A stretch of DNA of 64,000 nt from Hyaloraphidium curvatum SAG 235-1 (taxonomy: Eukaryota; Fungi; Monoblepharomycota): positions 186,001-250,000 of the forward strand of contig JAIVFI010000026.1 of the NCBI GenBank assembly GCA_025558095.1. Reading direction: 5' to 3'. The position numbers were made by a program, and so were the translations under genes. This document shows positions 11,372 to 20,425 of this stretch, in pieces; within the stretch, counting starts at the first letter, position 1, and every line of letters begins with the position of its first letter. The notes beneath the pieces were generated by a model. That model worked only from the letters and a program-made list of their open reading frames with translations, searched no databases and was not told the origin of the DNA.

Positions 11372-14300
11372 ATGCGAGCCTCACCGACATCGCCGGAACA
11401 AGATCGCGGCGCTGAATGGGCCCGTGGGGGATCCTTCGGCAAGGGAGGCGGCAGGAAGACGGGTGGCGGGGGCTGGCGCAGGCTCTTCGGGGCAACCGGG
11501 GTCGCCGCCGCCGTGCTCGTCCTCCTCATCATTGCCTCGGGGCCCGCCGATGCCGTGCAGTGGGTCGCCGGGCCGGCATGCGGGTGAGTCCTCGGCAGGA
11601 CGGGCCTGCGGGAGCTGACGCCGCCGCCGCGCCACAGCGCAACGCCCTCCGGCTGCTGCTGCCCCCCCCTCCGCCGCACGCGAACCGTCACCGTCACGCA
11701 CACCGCTGGCGCCGGCCTTGTTGCCCGCGATGCGGACCGTGCGGATATTGCCCGCGGCGCCGTCCGCCGCGACGAGTGCCCCCGATGCCCGCCGTCGGCC
11801 ACTATTCTCGCCGCCGCTCCGCCGGGGGAAGACGCGGCCGCCTGCTGCCCGCTGCTGCCTGCGGAAACCGTCACGGAAACGCGTACAATCGTGGCCACGA
11901 CGCGTGTCCGCCTCGCTGCCAATAATGTGGGTGGTATACCAGCAGAGAGGCCCCGACAGACTTCTCACCCCATTCAACCAACTGCAGGTTGCGCCGACGG
12001 TGACCGTGGTCCGCACCGTGACGGCCACGGTGACGGCCCCATGCCCCGCGTTCGACCCGATCGTGGCCTGCCCGTGCCTGACCAGCACGCGGTCGGCCAC
12101 GGCAACGACGACTTCCAGCACAAAGTGGACAACGAGCTCCTCGCGGAGCCGGACGCAGAGCGCGACCTCGAAGACGACGAGCCCAACGCGGACCGCCACG
12201 CCGGCGACCTCGACGAGGAGCAACACCAACAGCTTGACCAAAACCGGCACGCGCACATCGTCCTCCGTGGGTTATCCGGCGGTCGCGTGTGCAGTTTCCC
12301 GACTGACGCGGACCAGATTTCTGCGACCACGGCTCGGGTCGGCACCTACTGCGCGACCCCCAACGCTCTCATCCCCGAACTCGGGACGGTGTCAAGCGAC
12401 ATAGTCGTCCCGTCCGGCATCGGCCTGGTCTCGGACGTCGACGTGCAGGTTTTCTGGAACCATACCTACCCGAGCGATGTGTCGGGATCTCTGACGAGGG
12501 TCGCGGACGGCCGAAACGTCAGCCTCTTCAGCTACCTTTCCAACTGCGGCGTTTTCCACTCGTACTCCACGCGCTTCGACGACTCCGCCCCGGAGCCCTT
12601 CACCTGCGAGCATGCCGGGGCAGCGCAGCCCGTCGAGCCCCTTTCGTCGTTCCGTGGGCTCGCGGCCAGCGGGACATGGCGGCTGACGCTGATCGACTCT
12701 GCGTCACGGGATGAGGGCACGCTGGCGTCGTGGTGCATCTTCTTCGGGCTCGCGTCTGCGTCGACCTCGGCGACCCGCTCCACGCCAACGGCACCGGCAG
12801 GGAGCAAAACCAACAGCGCAACCAAGACGAGCTCACGGACATTGTCTTCGGTGGGTTCTCCGGGGTTCGCGCCAAGCACGTTTCATCTGAACACTCCAAC
12901 AAGACTTCTGCGACGACCACCCGCCTCGGAACATTCTGCGCGACGCCCAACGTTCAAATCGATCCCTATCTTGGCACGACGACCGATATCACCGTCCCCT
13001 CCGAAATGGGTCGCATATCCGACGTCGACGTGCAGCTCTGGTGGTCGCACAACATGCCGTCGGTCGTCTACGGGAGGTTGACGAGAGTTGTAGACGGCAC
13101 AAGTGTCAACCTTCTGTACGGAACCTCGGACTGCTGGGTTTACCACTCGTATTCCACTCGGTTCGACGACTCTGCGCCCGGACCCTTCACATGCGATCCC
13201 GTCGCGACCGCGCGGCCCGCAGGCAGCCTGTCGGCGTTCCTCGGATTGCAGGCTGGCGGATCGTGGCAACTGTGGCTGGGGGGCGGCGTTGGCAATGCTT
13301 TCGGCACCCTGAATTCGTGGTGCATCTACTTCGGGATCGCCCACTCGACATCATCGCGGACCGGCACAGCCAGCCCCACGCGGACGCGGACACCGACCTC
13401 GACGCCACCGGCGAAGAGCACCTCGCGGAGCGGCACGTCAACCACCTCGACGCGGAGCATAACGAACAGCTTGCCCAAAACAAGGACGCGTCCAGCCTCT
13501 TTAGTGGGTCCTCTTCGGTCGTTTGGTCGCATTTGTCGGCTGACCCTGGAGAAGACTTCTGCAACCACCACTCGTCTCGGCACCTACTGCGCAACCCCTA
13601 ACGCCCTCATTCCCGACCCGGGCAACATGACGAGCGACATTGCCGTCCCACCCGGGGTCGGCCTAATCTCGGACGTCGACGTGCAGTTATCCTGGAATCA
13701 CATCTTTCCCTACGATGTTACCGGGTCTCTCACAAGGGTGGCGGACGGCCGGAACATCAGCCTCTTCCGCAACCCCACAAACTGCTTCTATGGGGATCAC
13801 TCGTATTCCACTCGGTTCGACGACTCCGCCCCCGGGCCCTTCACATGCGAGTCCGTTGGGGCTGTGGCGGCACGGCCCGAGGAGGCCTTGGCGGCCTTCC
13901 GCGGGCTGCCGGCCGGTGGGACGTGGCGGCTGTCCCTCAGGGACTTGTGGGCCGTCTATCAGGGCACGTTCTCGTCGTGGTGCCTCTACTTTGAGCTTGT
14001 TTCGGGGACCACGTCGCGGACCGGCAGCACGAGTTCCACGCAGACGCGGACGTCGACAGCAACCGCGAAGGTAACCAGCTCAAGAACGCGCACCAAGTCC
14101 GCAACGCGCACGGTAAGACACCGTCCGGCGCAATGCGATCCCAGCTGACGGGGCCACCACCAGACGACTGCCACACCCCAGCCGCCATTCTCTATCATCC
14201 GCCGCTTCAACAGCACCGCGTGGGATCCCTCCGCGATGACTCTCGGCGATGATGGCATGATCTACGGCACCCTCTCCCAAGTCGGGGTCGATCCCTCAAC

Positions 14301-15351
14301 TCCCTCGGGCCTCATCTTCCGGATGGGTCCATCTGGCGGCTCCTACGAGCACCTGGCCCAGTTCAACAGGTTTTTGGAGGGTCATTTGAGTCTGCGCTGG
14401 TCCAAGGCGGGACTGGTGAACGCCGGTAATGGGGTCTTCTTTGGACGCACCCTCTTTCGCTACACCACCTACCCAGATATGGGGGGGAATCTGTACCGCT
14501 TTAGCGCCGCGGACCGTTCGATAGGACCCGTTCAGTGGTTGCCCGGCTTCGATGGGACCTACCCGCCGCTGGTGTACGCCAGGAGCGGGGACTTGTTCGG
14601 AGTCTCGGCTGGCTATTCCTCCGGCCAGCAGGGTTTCGTGTTCCGTTGCTCGGAAGCTGGCACTTTCTCCAACCTCGGCTTCTCGTTGAACTCTGAAGCT
14701 TTGTCTCCAGGCAATCCGATCTGGATCGTGCAGGGATGCCCTGGGGACGATAACCTCTATGGGCTCACGGAAAGCGACTACAACACGCTTCTATTCCGTC
14801 TGACACAAAGCGGGGAGTTTTCTGTGCTGTACAGCTTCTATGACGATGACTCCAGCTTTTGGCCGTCCATTGAGAGCGGCATCGTACCTGGGCCAGACTG
14901 CGCCCTCTATGGTACCGCCATGATGCAGGAGCGGGTCGAACCCTACACCGGTAAACTGGTTGTCTGGAAGTACGATATCGGCTCGAATCAAGTGTCAGTC
15001 GTGGCGACCATCACGGACTACGAATCATCGGCCGGCGTGGAGGCGCAGCTCACCGTGGGCTGGGATGGTGCACTGTACGGGGTTTCTTACGCTGGCGGGG
15101 CGCACGATGGGGGTTATCTGTTCCGCGTCACGACGGCCGGGAGCTACACGACGCTTCACAACTTCCGGGCCGAGGAAGCGTGGGAGCCCAGGGTCGCCCT
15201 CATGCAAGGACCCAACGGCGTGCTGTACGGGGCGGCTGCCCGCTACATGGCGGACGTCAGCTACAACAACGGGACGGTATTGCGGCAGGAGGTCGAGTGG
15301 GGCGCCATCTTCAGCTACAACCTTTCGTTGGCCGGGTATTTGCCTTCGTAA
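11372..15351 (+). CDS. Secreted/surface modular protein copy B: same architecture (3 P-domain-like modules + GloVer-like beta-propeller); 7 exons, ~1220 aa
   Basis: Introns at 11584-11637, 11927-11987, 12267-12316, 12851-12903, 13504-13554 and 14113-14163 give a continuous ORF collinear with copy A. Confidence 0.88.
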
Positions 15352-16189
15352 GGAAATGATGTTATGTGCTCAAATCGCTTTGGATCAGTTCTGGGTGCCG
15401 ATTTTGGATGCAGGGGACCAAGTGTGAATAGAGTGGATCGCTCTCCGAATCAGTTAAGTTGAGGCTGGCCGAAACCGCGCTGGCAGCCTTTTGGAGAGGC
15501 AGGACAACTCAAGGGGCCGCAAGGGTCCGCCAATGCAACCTCACCAGAAATGGAAGATCCCGTAGTCCGCGAACTCCGGCGGCGGCCGGGCTTCGAACAG
15601 ACCGAAACGAAACACGTAACTATTCAATCGGCGGCGCAAAGCAGGGCACCGGGGTTGTCCGCAAAGTCGACGTTGCCGAGGTTGACGGTGACCGACGACA
15701 GCGGGGAGCAGAGGAAGAAGGCCGAGATCGTTAGAATGGTCGTGGAGGAGGAACAGGTCGCCCGGCCGCCGCCTAGGTTTCCTGAAAGGTGGGTTTGCCA
15801 AGGAGGCGGGAAGTTTTCCCGGGCGGGCCGGTTCCGGCCGACGCCGACGGCCAGCTGTGCGCTTGGCACGAGGAGGATACTCGAGTCGGCCATCATCTCC
15901 GGCGCGACCGCCGCGGCGCACGCCCTTGGAGTCCATGAATCATGATACCGGGATCCAATTCGCGGGATCCGGAATCGAATCACGGCCGATTGGCCCGACG
16001 CGGGGCCTTGGCTGTGGCCGCCCCTGCGCCGCGGCTCTCGATGGGTTCTCCAGGGCTCGGCCAGAGCCATTGCATTCGATCAAGCGCACCGCTCGCACGC
16101 CCTGCTTACTTAAAGATCACTGGGTCGTAGCCTGCCGGAACAGTTTTGCGCATGCATGCGTTCTCGGTCCGTCAGCAGGATGGCCGATC

Positions 16190-17400
16190 GGGCGGGCTCC
16201 CTTGGGACGTGGCTGATTTGTTTGGGACGGCCAACAGCTCCAAACTCCGCCGACATCCCGAACCCAACGCCGACCAACGCCGACGCAGGTGTCGCCCGCG
16301 ACGACCGAAGCGAATATCCCCTCCTCGCCGGGCATGTGGACGCGTGGGCGGGCGCACCTCCGCGGCAGGGTGAGTTGTGCCGCCTCCGTCGGCAGCTTCC
16401 CGTCCCAGGACTCCGGCGCCTCCAATGCAACCGCCGTCACATCGGACGCGCCCTCCGCGGACTTTGCAGTGCCGCCCCCGAGCGGGCGCGTCCACCGCGC
16501 CGCCTACCGCAGCCTGGGCACCGTCGGCACGGGCTCGACGGGCACCGTCGCATGGCGGTGCGGAGCGCGACGGGCGGGATGGTGGCCCTCAAGTCCACCC
16601 CGCGGCGGCGGTGCGAGGATGCCTGGGTGCTGCACCCTGCGTCCGACGTCAGGGAGGCCGAGCTCCGGCGGCGCTTCGAGGCGCTCGCGGCCCTTCGGCA
16701 TCCGAACCTGATCCGCGTCGAGGAGTTCTTCGCCACGCGGGACAAGTTCTACGTGAGGGAGGGGTGAGTGCAGACATCTTTGAAGTTGCAAAGTCGCTGA
16801 CCCGCCTCGCACGACCTCCAGGACCTCGAGGCCTTCCTGCGCAGGAACGGCCCGCTTTCCGAGGCCGACATCCGCAGCGCCCTGCAGTGCATCCTCGGCG
16901 GACTCGCATTCCTCCACAGCAGTGGCATCGCGCACAGGGACGTGAAATCGAGCAACGTGCTGCTCCGGCGCCGGGGCGATCCGTCCTCCGCGGCGCTCGC
17001 GGAGTTTGACGGCTCGTTCGTGGCCCCAAGCGGCCAGGCCGCGCCGCCCATGCGCACGCTGATCGGAACTCCGTACCTTCTGGCCCCGAAGGTCGTCGAC
17101 GGGGGGGAATACGGCCCGCAGATCGACATGTATTCGACGGGCTGCATCGCCTTCCAGCTCGCCTGCGGCCGCACCCGCTTCGAGGACTCGAGGAGCTTAT
17201 TCGGGGAGCTGTACGAGCGCATAGCACGGGGTCGGCAGAGCCTCCGCGGCGGGAGAACAATCAGCGGCCAGCTGAAAGACCTCGTCTCGCGCATGCTCGC
17301 GACCGACCGACCCCGCGGAGAGGATCGGGCGCGGCCGAGGCGCTGGAGCACCCGTTCTTCGCCAAGGCGAGTTGGAGGCTGAGCGGGGTGCCAGTGGTGT
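16190..17400 (+). pseudogene. Degenerate CAMK-like Ser/Thr protein kinase
   Basis: GTGSTGTV, VALK, LRHPNLI, HRDVKSSNVLL, GTPYLLAP and DMYSTG motifs; DFG is replaced by EFD and APE by APK; frameshifts near 16550 and 17320; intron ~16763-16820; start uncertain. Confidence 0.7.
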
Positions 17401-17504
17401 TCGACGAGAGCGCGGGTGTGCTGACTGCGGACCTGGGTGTGCTGGGTGCGTGACGTGCTCGTGTACTAGCGAGTCCGAACACGGCAAGATTGCCTGCAGC
17501 TGCA

Positions 17505-18690
17505 TCAGGACCACTCCTTGCAAACCACTTTGTGGTCCGTCCACGCGGCCCTCTGGCATCCAACCCCGCAGTAGCGCGTCACCTTGCACCCGGAACAGCG
17601 GAGGAGCTTCTCGCCTTCTGCCCCGCATCGATCGCACGTGTCGGTGATGGCCCCGCGAATGATGAGCTTCTGTTCTTCGCGTAGTCCGGCACCATGGCGA
17701 CCCGAGTTGTCCATTCCGAGCACCAATGAGCAAATGGCGTCCACCATCCAGAGCGCGGCTTCGAGGCCGGCTACGGTCTCTTCGGTCCAACGGTTCAGCA
17801 CGGCAAGGTGGAAGCACATCGGTCGCAAGTTCCCAGCGAACAGGGGGGCCGGGCACAGCTCATCCACCTTGCCGGCAACGCGGCAGCGAGCAGCCCAGGG
17901 TTTCGGGTTCTCGATCACGCAGAGGACCAGCGCCGCCGCGGAATCCGTGCCCAACTGCGCGAGCGCCTCCGAGAGCTCCTGCTCGGAAATGCTTTCCAGG
18001 GCCTGCAATCCACCAATGTGGTCGACGACGGCGCAGCGTTCCCAGAAAGGCGGTGCGTGCAGCATTGCCAGCGCCAGGTCGTCGAGGAGCGCGGGCGTCT
18101 CTGCTACGCGGCGACGCACGGGCCGCGACAGCTTCGCGAGGCTGGAAAGAACGTAGAGCGCCATTCGCATGGGCGATCCGAATGCGTTGTTGTACTGGGT
18201 GCTGGCAGAGGGCCAGCTGGGGTTCGCGGGCTCCTTGATCCAAGGCTGCCCGGCCGACGCGTCGACCGCACCCCAGGCGGCACGTCGGCCTGCTGAGCGC
18301 AAACCGACGTGATCTGCCAAGGCACCGCGGACCGCCGGCCAGCCCCTTCGGAACACGTCGAGCGCCGCCTGGGCCGCGGCTTTGTCGGGCGCGCGGCCGC
18401 GGGGGACGCCGCCGTGTGCGGCGCGCCATTCCGCGTCGGGACGAAGCTCCGGGTCGGTCAGCAGCCGCAGCGCCTCCCACGCCGCGTTGAATGCCTGGAT
18501 AGCGCGGGTCCCCGCGGCCTCGACGGGCCGGAACGCCTCGCGCGAGTCGCCCGGGCCACAACGCCGCGGCGAGTTCCGGCCCCGCGGCACCGGCTTCTGC
18601 CAGGGCATCGCACGCCGTCCGCACGATCGCGTCGATCATGTCCGTTTTCCATCCCGACGAAGGGGTACCGGGCTCAGCATCGGCCTCCAT
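17505..18690 (-). CDS. MYND-type zinc-finger protein (possible frameshift near 18540 between the natural-looking N-terminus and the main ORF)
   Basis: C-terminal CDRCGAEGEKLLRCSGCKVTRYCGVGCQRAAWTDHKVVC. Confidence 0.8.
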
Positions 18691-18974
18691 CGTCAATCCC
18701 GGGGCAGAGCAGAATCCCTTGCCATTGTTCATTCCGCGCGTCACTCGAGCTCCCGAACACGCACAGCTTCCTCTCACTTTAAGTCAGGCCCTCCTTTCAA
18801 TCGTTTTAAATCCTTCGCGGCCCGATGGCGTTGACATGGGACCACTTTCGGTTGGAGGACTTCGCTCTGCCAAGGGTGACGGCACGATGCGACTGCTTCA
18901 CCAACGGGCGATGCATTCGAGGGAAAAGGTGCGACAGACGGGACGGAATTCTACCTCTCTTCCTCGCAAACGCA

Positions 18975-19379
18975 TCACGTGCAAATGGCCATGTGATCCG
19001 TCCACGCTGCCCTCTGGCATTCGGCCCCGCAGTACCGCGTCACCTTGCACCCGGAACAGCGGAGCAGTTTGTCCCCCTCCCTTCCGCACCGGTCGCACCC
19101 GTCCGGGATGCTGCCCATATCCGGCGCCGCCATCTGCGCCCGCACAGCGGCGCCATTGGACCCGCTCGTCAGCGCGGGCACCAGCGAGATAGAGACCAGC
19201 CCGTGTGCGGTGTTCATGGCCGCAGCGACGGGTTCCCGGACCTCGGGGGTCCACCACGAGCAGCGCTCGACCTGCCCCGCCAGGTTGGCGACGGCGCGCG
19301 CGAGAAGCTCGCCCGGACATTCTCCCGTGCGTTGCCGGACGACGGCGCAGTGTTCCGCCCAGGGCTTGGGGTTCTCCAT
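18975..19379 (-). CDS. Short, 5'-truncated MYND-type zinc-finger paralog
   Basis: CDRCGREGDKLLRCSGCKVTRYCGAECQRAAWTDHMAIC; it begins at the ENPKPW motif that is internal in the paralog. Confidence 0.7.
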   Translation of the reverse strand: MENPKPWAEHCAVVRQRTGECPGELLARAVANLAGQVERCSWWTPEVREPVAAAMNTAHGLVSISLVPALTSGSNGAAVRAQMAAPDMGSIPDGCDRCGREGDKLLRCSGCKVTRYCGAECQRAAWTDHMAICT

Positions 19380-19622
19380 GGAGTAGGTCGGTGGACCCGA
19401 GGCGGTAGGCTTCTACCCGCGCTACTGATGTCGGCGGGAGGGCACGTGAGCCTTGACGGCCGAAGGCACGGCTGCGTCAGAGCGGTGGGAAGGCTTCAAG
19501 CTGGAGGTCGAGGACCAATGTGGATGTGTTGTAGGTCACAGCCGTTGTGGCTTGGTCTTCAAGATTGATACACCCTGCGATCAATTATGCAACATGTGCC
19601 GTGTCCAATCCTAATCCAAATC

Positions 19623-20234
19623 CTAGTAAGGTGTCGGCACCGCTGCCCTCTGGATCTTGAGCGCCGTCGCGTACCACTCCAGCTCGTCGAAGAAGCGTCC
19701 CACCCGCTTCACGTAGTCCTCCGAGCTGGGCTTGCCCGCCTCGTCGAACGCGCTCCCGATGTGGGGCACGGGGAACTCGGACGGGATCGACACCGTGCCG
19801 AGCTCGCCGAGCATGGCGCGCAGCTGCACCCCGGCACGCACGCCGCCGAACCCGCCGGCCGAGTACGAGGCGATGGCCGAGGGCCGCCAGAACCACTCCT
19901 CGAGGAAGTGGTCGAGCAGGTTGGAGAGGGCCGGGGGGATCGAGTGGTTGTACTCGCCCGAAACCACGACGAAAGCATCCGCCCCGCGGATCAGGCCGGC
20001 GAGCCTTTCGAGATTCGCGGGCTTGGCGTCGGCGGGGTACTCCTTGTACATGCGGTCGAGCAGCGGGAGCTTCTCTTCCAGAGGGTCGACGAGCGTGGCG
20101 CGGTGGCCGCGGGCTTGCAGCTGCGCGACGAGGAAGCGCGCGAGGCGGATCCCCGCGCGGTCGCTGCGCACGGAGCCGTAGATGACGAGCACGTCCAGTG
20201 CGGTACGCAGAGTGGGCGGCATTGCAGACGGCAT
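19623..20234 (-). CDS. NADPH-dependent FMN reductase (flavodoxin-like, chromate/azoreductase family)
   Basis: GSVRSDRAG, ADAFVVVSGEYNHSIPPALSNLLD, YSAGGFGGVRA; intronless. Confidence 0.92.
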   Translation of the reverse strand: MPSAMPPTLRTALDVLVIYGSVRSDRAGIRLARFLVAQLQARGHRATLVDPLEEKLPLLDRMYKEYPADAKPANLERLAGLIRGADAFVVVSGEYNHSIPPALSNLLDHFLEEWFWRPSAIASYSAGGFGGVRAGVQLRAMLGELGTVSIPSEFPVPHIGSAFDEAGKPSSEDYVKRVGRFFDELEWYATALKIQRAAVPTPY

Positions 20235-20425
20235 GGTAGGGGGATGACGGCAGCGCACGGATCGGGGGAAGCGCACGCGTATTATGAACTGCGTCGGCGC
20301 GGAAAGGGCGGACAGATTTCTAGTCTTTCCGCGGTTCACCCGCGTCCAGTCAGCATCGTACAAGATTGCACAGCATCATCCATACACAGCATCATGATGG
20401 ATGGATCGACCAACGACAAAGCCAG

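Noticed and set aside
1500-15351. Inverted arms as terminal inverted repeats of a transposon or giant element
   Set aside because: The arms are intron-containing paralogous genes; no transposase, integrase, sharp termini or target-site duplication is seen.
15540-16070. Short ORFs between copy B and the kinase pseudogene
   Set aside because: No recognisable motif or consistent codon bias; possibly a gene relic but unsupported.
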